Positions 1-12,946 of a DNA stretch of 64,000 bases are shown here, piece by piece; position 1 is the first letter of the stretch, and each line of letters starts with the position of its first letter. The notes beneath the pieces are model-generated. The model worked only from the letters and a program-made list of their open reading frames with translations, had not been told where the DNA came from and ran no database searches. Made by a program: the position numbers and the translations under genes. The DNA comes from Macrostomum lignano. Taxonomy: Eukaryota. The stretch lies in contig NIVC01001989.1 in the NCBI GenBank assembly GCA_002269645.1, forward strand, positions 1-64,000, in the 5' to 3' direction.

Positions 1-453
1 TGAATACAAACCATTTTCACTTTAATCCTGTTTAGTACTCATAAAAAGTTTTACACCAACAAACTGGGATGGGTTGGTTACCAAAATGGCAAACAAACAT
101 AAAAGGATTATGTACGTCGTAGGTTAAAAGCGTAAAATTCAAAATTATAACGTAAAAAGGAAACACAAAGCCCTAACAGAATAAGGCAAACAAGTTGAAC
201 AGATCCGATGGAACAACGCAGACACAAAAATGTCAATAATTAGTAATACTAAACACCTTTGAATGCTTTGAAAACAATCTATAGCTCGCAGATTGAATAT
301 TATTATTAACAAAAAAGAGCATAACAGATGTCAACTTGAAATAAAAAATCATAGCATGAACTTATGCTACTACTGCTGCGCATCATTTCTTTCGTATTTA
401 AGTAGTATGGAAATGCAAATACAAAGTAATGACTTCATTTATCCGATTATCAT

Positions 454-723
454 CAGGCAGACAGGCTACCAAAGGACCACCAGGGAAACAGCAGGCAGAC
501 AGGCTACCAAAGGACACCAGGGAAACAGCAGGCAGACAGGCTACCAAAGGACCACCAGGGAAACAGCAGGCAGACAGGCTACCAAAGGACCACCAGGGAA
601 ACAGCAGGCAGACAGGCTACCAAAGGACCACCAGGGAAACAGCAGGCAGACAGGCTACCAAAGGACCACCAGGGAAACAGCAGGCAGACAGGCTACAAAG
701 GACGCACCAGGGAAACAGCAGAC
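454..723. repeat. 38-bp minisatellite just downstream of XYLT stop
   Basis: CACCAGGGAAACAGCAGGCAGACAGGCTACCAAAGGAC, about 7 copies. Confidence 0.95.
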
Positions 724-738
724 ATACAGCAGCACTCC

Positions 739-1452
739 CTAATTCCGCAGGTGGCCGTGAGCGGGTCGAGGCCGCCCAGGCGGTACCGCTGATCCGCATA
801 CCGGTGCTCCAGTCCGAACCAGAGCACGAATCAGTCAGGCCAACAATGCCGGGGACAAGCGGCTGAAGAGGCGGCCGCACTGTCCGAGTGGCGGCAGACG
901 GTCTCCAATCTGTAGCGCCTGGACAGCAGCCGGACAGCCAGCGGTGTCCGGATTGGCCGCGGCGGATTCGGCCGGATTTCTATTAGCTAATCGAAGCTGA
1001 GCAATGGACGCGGCGGGTACGGCTTTGAACAGGGCCAGGTATTGTGGCGAATTAGGATCCGGCTTCACTAGCTGGTTGCTATGGGCATCGGAACGCGTGT
1101 TGGCAACAGGATGAACTCGGACTCAGCTACGGCGGATCCGACCGAAAGCGGCTGCTGTTCATCAAGAAGCAGCAGGCGCCAGACGCCGGGCTCCAGACTG
1201 CCGGGTGCCTGCAGATCGGTGCAGCCGACCTCCTTGGCTGTTGAATCCTCAGCCAGTAGCAGTTCCGGGACGCTGAGCTGGAAAGCCGATCGGATAGCGC
1301 CGTCCGGGTCCAGCAGCAGGAAGGTGGTCGTCACGGCCGGCCGGGCCCCAGGCGTAGCGCAGCTGCAGGCCGGAGTCGGCGGCCCGGCCGGCGGCCAGCA
1401 GGGACAAGCGGTCCCGGAAGAGGTCCTCTTTCCAATCATATTGGCGGCCAAC
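739..1452 (-). CDS. XYLT: Xylosyltransferase last exon (C-terminal Xylo_C domain), broken by several 1-2 bp indels
   Basis: VGRQYDWKEDLFRDRLSLL, WG(PG)PAVTTTFLLLDPDG, PGVWRLLLL..VAESEFILLP, SCSGSDWST(G) and LGGLDPLT(G)HLRN* match the XYLT C-terminus but lie in alternating frames. The stop position is inferred. Confidence 0.75.
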
Positions 1453-1854
1453 CTGTCGAATAAGAATCATGCGAGACTCAAGAAAAGTTTTGAAGGCCAA
1501 TTTTCCCTCAAAAGAACTAAAACTACAATAGATTACGAATGTGAATAGAGGCCAAGATATTGTGGTCTATGCAAACTTAAGACAGGTGTTTCGAAGGCCG
1601 ATCATAGATGCTCAACAGTTCAATTAAGCGCATTTAGAATGGTTAGCAACCATTTTGCACCAGGAACAATAAGTCTTAAAGATTCCCTGCATGGTCTGCA
1701 TCAATAAACAGAGAAGTTTATTGTGAGCATTCCCCCAAGCTTTACAGCAAAAACTATTTTGGTCTCTGGTTGAGAACTTGCTCCAACTAAAGAATGCCTT
1801 TCAAGTAGCTGGTCACTCACTATACTCATACGGTCTATTAAAACGCACAATTTA

Positions 1855-2227
1855 TCCCGTTGAAAACGTCACCGAGACAAGAATCGCTAAAGAGTGATTG
1901 CAAACAACTCACTCAGTGACTCTAGCGACTCTTGGGGCGACTCTTGTGACTTTTTAACGACTCAAACGACTGCAATGCGACGGAGAGGCGACTGTTGAAT
2001 CACGAGCGCATCGCGTGATTTGCAGAGTCGTAATTAAAGAGTCGCGAAAGAAGTCGTTCAAGAGCCGTTGTGTTGGCGCTTAACTTTCTACTAACATAAG
2101 TAGACTAAATAGAGTTGTGTTATAAATGCGAAATGCGATTCTAATTCATTAAGTGACGCAGATGTGCTTTAGACGCAACTCAGTGATTCTGCAGCGGCTC
2201 TGGCACGCCTCAGATACGCCTCTACGG
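1855..2227. repeat. About 370-bp interspersed repeat, copy 1 (XYLT intron 3)
   Basis: Near-identical reverse complement of 14373-14744; rich in GACTC/GAGTC motifs. Confidence 0.9.
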
Positions 2228-2459
2228 CCCCAGGGTCATTATAGAGGCCCCCCAGAGTTGTTATATAGTTTCAGACAATACAACGCCTCAAAATGAGACT
2301 TTTAGGCGACACTTTGACAAGTTTTTGGCAATTTGTAACAGTGAACTCCCGTTTTAGAGTCATCTTGAGTCTCTTCTAACGACTCTGCGGTGACGCAAGT
2401 GACTCTGGGACGCTTCTTGACCTAGGAAGCATTTTCATCGGGCATTCGCTGCAATTCAC

Positions 2460-3199
2460 CTCGAACTCCATAAACCTGGCGGCAATCACAGACTGGTAGG
2501 CCGACGTCAAAGATGACGCGTTGCCATGCGGTTGCTGCTTGGGGTGGACAATCCGGACAGCTTGGCCGGACCCGATGCCAGACCGCAGGCTGAAGTGCGC
2601 GTCTAGCAGCATCGCCGCGTTGGTGCCGCCGCCGCCGCCGACACCGCCGCCAATCGAGGCGGTCAGCAAGGGACCCTGAAACGCGTCCTCCAGGTAGAAC
2701 TCGGTCACTTCAACAGCGCGCACACTGTCGGGATCGAAGCCAGCCGGACACGTGCCGGACAGCAGTTCGGCGCAAAGCAGCCGAGTCAACAGTCGGCCAA
2801 AGGCGCTCTGCACCGGCGTCAGGCCTGGCGCCCCAGCTGTGAACGCGCTGAGCCAGTAGCGCGGCCGGCCGAGCTTGGCGCGCATTTCCCGGCCAGCGGC
2901 TCCACCGTGCCGCTGCTTCATCAATTCGGCGTAGGCGGCATCGACAGCCGACACGCTGATTGTTGGGTCGAATTTTCTGGCAAAGAAAGCGCCGTGACCA
3001 CCGCTGCCGCTGCTGCTGGCGTAGGCGGCAGCCTCGGCGCCCCGGTAGACCATGGGACTGCAGCCGCACCAGTCAGCCACCGGCAGGTGCTGGCACCGGC
3101 AGCCGCGCTTCCGGTCCCAATTAACCAAGCGGAGGTTGGCGTTGGCAACCCGGCCGCATAGCTCAGTGTTCTGGGCGATGGTGTGGAACACAGACTCCA
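2460..3199 (-). CDS. XYLT: Xylosyltransferase exon 3
   Basis: VESVFHTIAQN..NANLRLVNWDRKRGCRCQHLPVADWCGCSP..FFARKFDP. Acceptor cccgcAG, donor GAG|GTGAAT. Confidence 0.93.
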
Positions 3200-3377
3200 C
3201 TGCGGGTTTGGATTGGTTGGGCCGTGCTGCTGTACTGCTGGAACTTGAGGATCTTGATCCCAAATCCAAGGATTTTGGTTATGAAATACAGGCCCTTAGG
3301 GATCGCAGAATGGGATTTCGATTTGAAGATACCGGGACATGGGATCTCGACTACTCATATACATGTGAGGGTTTCGG

Positions 3378-3590
3378 TTCTAAAATCCCTGGAATTGGGA
3401 TCTCAAACTGGGTGAGGATTTTAGCTCTAAAATCCCTGGATTTGGGATCTCAAACTGGGAGGGGATTTCGGCTCTAAAATCCCTGGATTTGGGATCTCAA
3501 ACTGATTGGGGATTTCGGCACTAAAATCCCGGGATTTGGGATCTCAAACTAAGTGAGGATTTTTCAGTTAAAAAATTCTAGGATTTGGGA
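3378..3590. repeat. Degenerate about 41-bp tandem repeat, XYLT intron 2
   Basis: CTAAAATCCCTGGATTTGGGATCTCAAACT repeated about 5 times. Confidence 0.8.
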
Positions 3591-3762
3591 TTTCGATCCC
3601 TAACTTTAGAATTTTTCTGTCCTGAAACACAGGTACTTAGGGATATTTACCCCTATAAGTTGGGGCCTTTAAAGGATCAGAGGATTTATCCCAGCAACTT
3701 CAGAATACTATAAATACAAAACATCGCACAAAGAGATTGATAACAGAAACAGTTTTACAAAC

Positions 3763-4223
3763 CTGGTAGCAGGCCGTATTTAAAATACTCCACAATATTG
3801 GTCACAATAGTGTGGTTATTATCCAGTCCGCTGATAACAAACTGTACAAATTCTCTATTTAACGTCAGCCAATCAGAGCCGCCGTCGAACAGCAGGCCTT
3901 CTATTGGCTGCCGGCTGCCCAGAAAGTACATATGATTGTCGCACTGTACAAAGTAGCGCTCAATAGCTTGCTTGCGCATGAAATCGCTGTAGTTTCCTGA
4001 GTGCGAGGCCAAGAAGCTGAGATGCCTCATCTCGGTCAGGTAGGCGGTCAACTGCCGATCCGGCCTAATAGGGAAATCCGACTCGCTCAGGTTGATTACG
4101 AAATCCCAGTGCCAATCGGTGCAGTTGAGCAGGTCGCGAAATGCTGCCAGCATCAGATCCAGGAGGCCTGTGCCGCCCCAGATGGTGGGGAAGCGGCGGC
4201 GCATTAGGCGCACGTTTGGGAAT
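3763..4223 (-). CDS. XYLT: Xylosyltransferase exon 2
   Basis: FPNVRL..TIWGGTGLL..WDFVINLSESDFPIR..LLFDGGSDWLTLNREFV are hallmark XYLT motifs. Acceptor ctgccAG, donor G|GTTTG, phases 2/1 consistent. Confidence 0.93.
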
Positions 4224-4317
4224 CTGGCAGCGGAGGCAGATTGAGGCGGGAGCGCGATTAATGTACCTAATGAGCTAATGGGAGCTAGATGAAGGTACCT
4301 AATGAGCCAATGAGAGC

Positions 4318-4995
4318 TAGATTAGTGTACCTAACTAGCTAATGGGGGTCATTTCAGCTAGATTAGTGTACTTAACTAGCTAATGGGGTCATTTCAGCTA
4401 GATTAGTGTACTTAACTAGCTAATGGGGTCATTTCAGCTAGATTAGTGTACCTAACTAGCTAATGGGGGTCATTTCAGCTAGATTAGTGTACTTAACTAG
4501 CTAATGGGGTCATTTCAGCTAGATTAGTGTACCTAACTAGCTAATGGGGGTCATTTCAGCTAGATTAGTGTACCTAACTAGCTAATGGGGGTCATTTCAG
4601 CTAGATTAGTGTACTTAACTAGCTAATGGGGTCATTTCAGCTAGATTAGTGTACCTAACTAGCTAATGGGGTCATTTCAGCTAGATTAGTGTACCTAACT
4701 AGCTAATGGGGTCATTTCAGCTAGATTAGTGTACCTAACTAGCCAATGGGGTCATTTCAGCTAGATTAGTGTACCTAACTAGCTAATGGGGTCATTTCAG
4801 CTAGATTAGTGTGCCTAACTAGCTAATGGGGTCATTTCAGCTAGATTAGTGTACCTAACTAGCCAATGGGGTCATTTCAGCTAGATTAGTGTACCTAACT
4901 AGCTAATGGGGTCATTTCAGCTAGATTAGTGTACCTAACTAGCTAATGGGGTCATTTCAGCTAGATTAGTGTACCTAACTAGCCAATGGGGTCAT
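4318..4995. repeat. 40-bp minisatellite, XYLT intron 1
   Basis: CTAGATTAGTGTACCTAACTAGCTAATGGGGTCATTTCAG. Confidence 0.97.
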
Positions 4996-5103
4996 GGGAG
5001 CTCGTAAATTAATGTACCTAATGAGCTACTGGGGTAGGTAGGTTCCGATGATACCTTATTACCTACCTACCTAGAACCCTAAGATCAATCAAATAGTTCT
5101 CAC

Positions 5104-5965
5104 CTGGCTTCCAGCGGCATCAGCGACTCGTACAGGAAATCGTCTCTAGAGTCCACATGTATATAGTAATAATGATTAACATAGTACACAGCCGATAACA
5201 GCCGCATTACCTGTCGCACACCCTACCGCTGAGCGTCATCAGGTAGACTAATCGAACTCGATCGTTCTCCCAGCTATAGGATTCGAACTCGGGACCGTAG
5301 GCAGGTGCGGTATGAGACACAAACAAAGAGCTAGCATTGAGCCCGGTTTGGCTAACCAGATAGTAACCATCTCTAATCGAAGCACCTGTGCAATTATAGC
5401 CAATAGCAGGTCGGCTGCAACCGTTGCCTAGCAACTGAAGACAGACGCAGTCCCGGTTGCTAATGCTAGCCAGCCGATAGCCGGCCGAGCGACATCTGGC
5501 CAAGCATTCGCCTCGCCGGCTCTCTGCCGGCATATTGTTCGTCCAACTGGCCGACGGAATCACTTCGCGCGGATACGGACAACTGTCCGACTGTAGCAGG
5601 CTGTGACAGGAAGTGGCCGGGCCAGAGCCGGACAGTAGTCTAGCCGGACAGGCCTGTCCGACATGCCGCAGCCGGTATGGCAGCCGGCCAGACTCGAAGG
5701 CGCAAGCGACGCGCAGCAGCCGACGCCGGCACTCGGGCTGAGCTGCCCTGTCAACGGCATAGCGCGCCCGCTCGGAGCGGAGCCTGCAGCCATCGTCTGG
5801 CGACTCCGGTCCATCCGGCAGGCGCTCCCATTCGGCCAGCGGCTGTCCGGCGGCTCTGTCCGAATTAAATAACCAGTTTAAATGGCCGAGTAAGCAGAGA
5901 CAGACGACAGACGCTAGTGCTGCTACTAATAGTAGGCCAAGATGCCTGCGTTTTGAGCCGCTCAT
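5104..5965 (-). CDS. XYLT: Peptide O-xylosyltransferase, coding exon 1 (TM anchor, WSC-like Cys domain, start of GT14/Branch domain); 1-bp frameshift near 5211
   Basis: MSGSKRRH-hydrophobic anchor; ECLARC..CVC WSC-like motif. RLVYLMTLSGR, then after a -1 shift VMRLLSAVYYVNHYYYIHVDSR, matches the XYLT RIAF..HGR..AIYHKDHFYYIHVDKR block. Donor AG|GTGAGA at 5103. Confidence 0.9.
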
Positions 5966-6094
5966 AGTTCAAGCAGCGAGCAGGCATTAAATTAGATCAT
6001 TGAGCGTGCCATGAGATGCAGCAAATGAATCTGAGACTGTTTATTGATTGTTAGAGATATTATAACAATTTGATGAGTTCATAGAAGGCTAGGA

Positions 6095-6940
6095 GCGATT
6101 CTTGACGATCTAGGGGCGATTCTTGACGATCTAGGGGCGATTCTTGATGATCTAGGGGCGATCCCTGACGACCTAGGGGCGATTCTCGGTGATTTAAGGG
6201 CGATTCTTGATGATCTAGGGGCGATTCTTGACGATCTAGGGGCGATTCTTGATGATCTAGGGGCGATCCCTGACGACCTAGGGGCGATTCTCGGTGATTT
6301 AAGGGCGATTCTTGATGACCTAGGGGCGATTCTTGATGATCTAGGGGCGATCCCTGACGACCTAGGGGCGATTCTCGGTGATTTAAGGGCGATTCTTGAT
6401 GACCTAGGGGCGATTCTTGATGATCTAGGGGCGATTCTTGACGACCTAGGGGCGATACTTGATGATCTAGGGGCGATTCCTGACGACCTAGGGGCGATTC
6501 TCGGTGATTTAAGGGCGATTCTTGATGACCTAGGGGCGATTCTTGATGATCTAGGGGCGATTCTTGACGACCTAGGGGCGATACTTGATGATCTAGGGGC
6601 GATTCCTGACGACCTAGGGGCGATTCTCGGTGATTTAAGGGCGATTCTTGATGATTTAGGGGCGATTCCTGACGACCTAGGGGCGATTCTCGGTTATTTA
6701 AGGGCGATTCTTGATGACCTAGGGGTGATTCTTGATGATTTAGGGGCGATTTTTGAGGATCTAAGGGCGATTTTTTATTTAGGAGCGATTCTTGATGATT
6801 TAAGGGCGATTCTTGAGGATCTAAGGGCGATTTTTTACTTAGGAGCGATTCTTGAGGATCTAGGGGCGATTCTCGATGATTTAAGGGCGATTATCAATGA
6901 TTTAGAGGCGATTCTAGGTGATTTAGGGGCGATTTTATCA
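6095..6940. repeat. 21-bp minisatellite between JOSD and XYLT
   Basis: CTAGGGGCGATTCTTGATGAT with higher-order variants. Confidence 0.97.
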
Positions 6941-7509
6941 TTTAGAGGTGATTATTAACATAGATTAACCGATTTTTGAGCGATCAGTGGCGATTCCAGC
7001 GGAGGTCAGAGGCAATTTTCATAGGGATCAGGGGCGATTTTTAATGGGGTTAATCTTGCGATTCTAGACTAAAGATAACTCGAATTCTAAAAGTCCTAAC
7101 TGAATTACTAGCAAAGGGGTAATTAATAAACATTTGAGTCTATCTTGTTCTATTTTTATAGCTGCGTAGTTGAGATAAAAGTACAAATTACACAATCTGC
7201 TGACTCAAAACTTAATTACAGTTAAAAAATTTATTTAACACATTTAGGATTAAGATAAGCACTGGAAGATGCAATGATGCGGCAATAAAGTTACACTATC
7301 CGAAAAAGGAATTTAATTCGGCGCACGAGAACACGGTATGTTATAAGAAAGACATAAGCACAGAAGCATGCGTGCGAGCAGTTGATAAATGAAAATTAGG
7401 CATAAACTATTGAATTATTAGTTAACAGAACTAATTGGCTATCTCATGCATCTGAGGTAGACAAAGCTTGAGCTCATCTGCCATCACATTTTTCCAAGAG
7501 TTTGAATTC

Positions 7510-7961
7510 AGCTGAAATGACCCCCATTAGCTAGTTAGGTACACTAATCTAGCTGAAATGACCCCCATTAGCTAGTTAGGTACACTAATCTAGCTGAAAT
7601 GACCCCATTAGCTAGTTAGGTACACTAATCTAGCTGAAATGACCCCCATTAGCTAGTTAGGTATACTAATCTAGCTGAAATGACCCCCATTAGCTAGTTA
7701 GGTAAACTAATCTAGCTGAAATGACCCCCATTAGCTAGTTAGGTACACTAATCAAACTGAAATGACCCCCATTAGCTAGTTACATGTAGGTACACTAATC
7801 TAGCTGAAATGACCTCCATTAGCTAGTTAAGTACACTAATCTATCTCCCATTGGCTCATTAGGTACCTTCATCTAGCTCCCATTAGCTCATTAGGTACAT
7901 TAATCGCGCTCCCGCCTCAATCTGCCTCCGCTGCCAGATTCCCAAACGTGCGCCTAATGCG
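7510..7961 (+). repeat. Inverted duplicate of XYLT intron 1 3' end, acceptor and first 24 nt of exon 2
   Basis: Reverse complement of about 4200-4650, including CTGCCAG|ATTCCCAAACGTGCGCCTAATGCG. Confidence 0.92.
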
Positions 7962-7994
7962 TATTACAAAGATGATTGACAGCTTATTTAAACC

Positions 7995-8465
7995 CTTCAC
8001 AATCTACTCAACAATCTTACCTGCAATCTACTCAACAATCTTCGCTACAATCTACTCAACAATATCCCTACAATCTACTCAACAATATCCCTACAATCTA
8101 CTCAACAATCTCCCTACAATCTACTCAACAATCTCCGTACAATCTATTCAACAATCTACCTGCAATCTACTCAACAATCTACCTGCAATCTACTCAACAA
8201 TCTCCGTACAATCTATTCAACAATCTCCGTACAATCTACTCAACAATCTCCGTACAATCTACTCAACAATCTCCGTACAATCTATTCAACAATCTCTACA
8301 ATCTACTCAACAATCTTACCTGCAATCTACTCAACAATCTCCGTACAATCTATTCAACAATCTCCGTACAATCTACTCAACAATCTCCGTACAATCTACT
8401 CAACAATCTCCGTACAATCTATTCAACAATCTCTACAATCTACTCAACAATATTTTTACAATCTA
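7995..8465. repeat. 11+12 (23-bp) tandem repeat downstream of JOSD
   Basis: ACAATCTACTCA / ACAATCTCCGT units. Confidence 0.95.
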
Positions 8466-8572
8466 CTTAAGGAAATATTAAGGAAAATACTGGCCATACC
8501 ACTGATCCTTAGCTATGTAGTAGAGAGCAGCAAGAGGTAAACATCGCATATAAATTAATTAATCAACCTCTA

Positions 8573-9007
8573 TCATTCATCAGACGCCGGTTGCGCCAGC
8601 TGCCAGTCGCCAGAGTCGGCCACCTCGGGCAGTACAACCGGGAGAATCTGCAGACTGGCGTCGGCATCCAGCCTGGCCTGCAGATAGTGCAGCAGATCGG
8701 CAGGCTGTCCTGAACCAATGAGGCTGGGCTCGGCCATTTTGGAATCCAGATTATGATACTCATTGTTCGGGCCGCAGCGCCGGAGCGCCACCCAATGGCG
8801 GGAGCGGATTATCGGCAGCACGGAGCAGGCAGCCGATTGGTAATTGATTAGGAAGCCTTCGATTCTGTCGGGCAGCAGGCAGGCGACCGGTTTGCGCCGG
8901 TCGAACCAGACTAGGCGAAGGCCGCGGCTCTGCAAGGCGGCGTCCAACACGTTAGCGTCGTAGTTGCCAAGGCCGAGGGGATTCCGATGAGGATTTAGCA
9001 GCCAGGT
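8573..9007 (-). CDS. JOSD: Josephin-domain deubiquitinase, exon 2
   Basis: NPHRNPLGLGNYDANVL..LVWFDRRK..RHWVALR..YHNLDSK (catalytic His/Asp). Phase-0 acceptor ccgacAG. Spliced product about 194 aa. Confidence 0.92.
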   Translation of the reverse strand, partial: TWLLNPHRNPLGLGNYDANVLDAALQSRGLRLVWFDRRKPVACLLPDRIEGFLINYQSAACSVLPIIRSRHWVALRRCGPNNEYHNLDSKMAEPSLIGSGQPADLLHYLQARLDADASLQILPVVLPEVADSGDWQLAQPASDE

Positions 9008-9178
9008 CTGTCGGGAGAGATAGCGGGCCCGGCGACGGGTGTACTTTTAATAATGATATTATATTAAAGGATATTGAATGAGCATAGGTTAGTGACCCAT
9101 GTAGGCATAGATAGGTATCTAAGCAGTGCACACGGTAACCTGAGTCAGTAAGGGCGATAAGCAAGCTAATAACCTGAC

Positions 9179-9328
9179 CTGTTGCGGCGACAAAGACTGG
9201 CACAGCTGGTCAAACTGGCTCTGAGTGAACTCTGGCCGTTGCAGAAGATTATTAGCCGCGTGCACCGCGCATAATAATAGTCGCTGGCGCTCGTGATAGG
9301 GCGCCGCCTGCTGGGCGTGCGAATTCAT
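9179..9328 (-). CDS. JOSD: Josephin-domain deubiquitinase, exon 1
   Basis: YHERQRLLLCAVHAANNLLQ contains the catalytic Cys motif of JOSD1/2. Donor CAG|GTCAGG. Confidence 0.92.
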
Positions 9329-9452
9329 TGCGCTATCTACGGCTGCAGCTGAAGCTGTTAGAGGGCGGCTTGCAGGCTAATGCTTTCTGCTTGACCAGGA
9401 AAAGCAACAGCTGATGTAAGTGATTGAAAATCTAGCGTAGCTCGAACATGTC

Positions 9453-9809
<357 letters not shown>

Positions 9810-10624
9810 TGTATGTATGTATCCATTGACACCTAGTTTGATACAAAAATAACAGAAATACCAAAACAAAGGAAAAATATATATATATATCTTTGCAAAT
9901 TTATTTGCTATCAAGTTTATAAAATATCTGCTCTGCGCTGTGGAAATACAAAAAGCGCGCACACTGAAAGCCGGTCTGTAAAATCAGTGATGAAGTAGAA
10001 TAATTCGCATGTCGCGCGTATATGTGATTAACTGAAAATTTCCACAGTAAATTGGACTCCTACTAACAGTAGGATACATCGATTCTTTTGAACAGTTAAA
10101 TATACACGCAGTCATAAAGCACTGCGCTTTGCGGGGGGGGAGAATTTGCTGAAAGACGCAGCAATACGTAGAAAGAAAAATGTCCGCATTCTATAAATCT
10201 GAGGACACATAAAGCGCAATGAAAACTGCAAGCTAACAATGAGTGCAGCAGCCAGCTACAGCAGATATAAGCTGTATTTAAAATGGCTAAAAAATGTATA
10301 AATAAAGTGACTTTAGAATTAAGAAAAATTAAATGTAATCTTTGTAGACGAGCAGTAGGCTGTAGTACACGCGCTTAAGCAGGTTCAAAATCTTAACAGT
10401 AGTAGCATAGTAAGTACTAAATATCGATTATAAATATTTTTTGGCGGGAATTTCAATAATAAATAAGAAACAAATTATGTATAAAACAATTTCGCACCTA
10501 ACTAGGTCTTGAATAATCCATCTAATTTATAATTGACATATTGATATTGAACTTCATATGCGCGAGGTAAGATAGAATCAAAAAGTTATCGGCAAGTGGG
10601 GGTTTTTGGGGGCTATGAGCGGTT

Positions 10625-11342
10625 CGCTGAAGGACCAATGGGTAGCAGCACCACCCGCTGAAGGACCAATGGCTAGCAGCAACCACCCGCTGAAGGACCA
10701 ATGGCTAGCAGAAACCACCCGCTGAAGGACCAGTGGCTAGCAGCAACCACCCGCTGAAGGACCAATGGCTAGCAGCAACCACCCGCTGAAGGACCAATGG
10801 CTAGCAGCAACCACCCGCTGAAGGACCAATGGCTAGCAGCAACCACCCGCTGAAGGACCAATGGCTAGCAGAAACCACCCGCTGAAGGACCAATGGCTAG
10901 CAGCAACCACCCGCTGAAGGACCAATGGCTAGCAGCAACCACCCGCTGAAGGACCAATGGCTAGCAGAAACCACCCGCTGAAGGACCAATGGCTAGCAGA
11001 AACCACCCGCTGAAGGACCAATGGCTAGCAGAAACCACCCGCTGAAGGACCAATGGCTAGCAGCAACCACCCGCTGAAGGACCAATGGCTAGCAGCAACC
11101 ACCCGCTGAAGGACCAATGGCTAGCAGCAACCACCCGCTGAAGGACCAATGGCTAGCAGCAACCACCCGCTGAAGGACCAATGGCTAGCAGCAACCACCC
11201 GCTGAAGGACCAATGGCTAGCAGCAACCACCCGCTGAAGGACCAATGGCTAGCAGCAACCACCCGCTGAAGGACCAATGGCTAGCAGCAACCACCCGCTG
11301 AAGGACCAATGGCTAGCAGCAACCACCCGCTGAAGGACCAGT
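10625..11342. repeat. 32-bp minisatellite downstream of FLCN stop
   Basis: CCACCCGCTGAAGGACCAATGGCTAGCAGCAA. Confidence 0.97.
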
Positions 11343-11548
11343 GTACGCATTTAGCGCAATGTGTACAAGATTTGCATAAGCAAAGGAGACGCAGATTTCT
11401 AATTCACAACAATAGAACTAATTCCTAAATGTTTGATATTATTTACTCTAAAGAGTAACGAGCCAGTATTTAAACAACTGAAACAAAACTAAAAAACGTC
11501 AATGGACAAAACATATAAAACCAACTGCCAAGCATAGGGCAGCAATTT

Positions 11549-11698
11549 CTATTGCCTGCACGATTTGATAATCTCTCTACGGGTTAATCCGCTGATACCG
11601 CGAGTCCAGAATTTCAGTACAATCTCGTCGGCTCGTTGACAGCCTAGAGAGGACAGAAAGGCGGTCACTTGGCCATCGGAGAACTGCCGCCTGTGCGC
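11549..11698 (-). CDS. FLCN: Folliculin last exon
   Basis: FLSSLGC..DEIVLKFWTRGIS..* matches FLCN LLKFWMTGLS. Acceptor ttcgcAG. Confidence 0.88.
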   Translation of the reverse strand, partial: AHRRQFSDGQVTAFLSSLGCQRADEIVLKFWTRGISGLTRREIIKSCRQ

Positions 11699-11869
11699 CT
11701 GCGAATTGCATTTTTGACACAATTTATGAACAAATTACCTTTAGATTAAACTACTAATAGTAGTGTCAGCAAGGCTTAAGGCCGTTTCAAATTACGGCTT
11801 TACAATCGGTTTGATCAATCTAAAAACTGATTTGAACAATTTTTGACCCGCTGAGCTACTGGTGGTACT

Positions 11870-12655
11870 GCTATTGGCGCCCCTTGTACTGATATTGGCG
11901 CCCCTTGTACTGATATTGGCGCCCCTTGTACTGATATTGGCGCCCCTTGTACTGATATTAGCGCTCCTGTAGTGATATGGGCGCCCCTTGTACTGATATT
12001 GGCGCCCTTTGTACTAATATTGGCGCCCCTTGTACTGATATTGGCGCCCCTTGTACTGATATTGGCGCCCCTTGTACTGATATTGGCGCCCCTTGTACTG
12101 ATATTAGCGCTCCTGTAGTGATATGGGCGCCCCTTGTACTGATATTGGCGCCCCTTGTACTGATATTAGCGCTCCTGTAGTGATATGGGCGCCCCTTGTA
12201 CTGATATTGGCGCCCCTTGTACTGCTATTGGCGCCCCTTGTACTGATATTGGCGCCCCTTGTACTGATATTGGCGCCCCTTGTACTGATATTGGCGCCCC
12301 TTGTACTAATATTGGCGCCCCTTGTACTGATATTGGCGCCCCTTGTACTGATATTGGCGCCCCTTGTACTGATATTAGCGCTCCTGTAGTGATATGGGCG
12401 CCCCTTGTACTGATATTGGCGCCCCTTGTACTGATATTGGCGCTAATTTTACTGATATTGACGCCCCTACTGTTGATATTGGCGCTCCTTGTTCTGATAT
12501 CGGCGCTCCTTTGTACTGACATTGGCGCTCCTTGTTCTGATATCGGCGCTCCTTTGTACTGATATTGGCGCTCCTTGCACTGATATTGGCGCTCCTTGCA
12601 CTGATATTGGCGCTCCTTACACTTATATTGGCGCTCCTTACACTGATATTGGCGC
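11870..12655. repeat. 21-bp minisatellite, FLCN intron 4
   Basis: TTGGCGCCCCTTGTACTGATA. Confidence 0.97.
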
Positions 12656-12751
12656 GCTTTATAGCGACAATCAATAAATTTAACTTGAAGTAGCCACTGC
12701 CAATTATCAGATTAGGCAGACACCAAAGTACACAATCAAACAAATATTCAC

Positions 12752-12946
12752 CTGCATAAAAGCGTAGGTTTGTCTAGCCCGTTCTAGCCAATCCTCTTTA
12801 GCATTGGCCAGAAGTAGATCGAGAGACTCTTCAGGCAGCACCGGATCGCCCAGCAGGGAGTCAATTTGGCCAATCAGCTGAGCGGCCGGCCGGGCAGGCC
12901 TATTGGTTGTCACTACTAGATCCAGATCGTCTACGGGTATGAAAGC
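12752..12946 (-). CDS. FLCN: Folliculin exon 4
   Basis: LIGQIDSLL..LDLLLANAKEDWLERAR matches FLCN ILNKIEAAL..LKEEWMNKVK. Donor CAG|GTGAAT. The acceptor choice is slightly uncertain. Confidence 0.83.

Noticed and set aside
11977-12743. GAPCTDI-type, MSACGAK-type (39247-40746) and other repeat-peptide ORFs
   Set aside because: Frame-multiple-of-3 minisatellite units inside introns.
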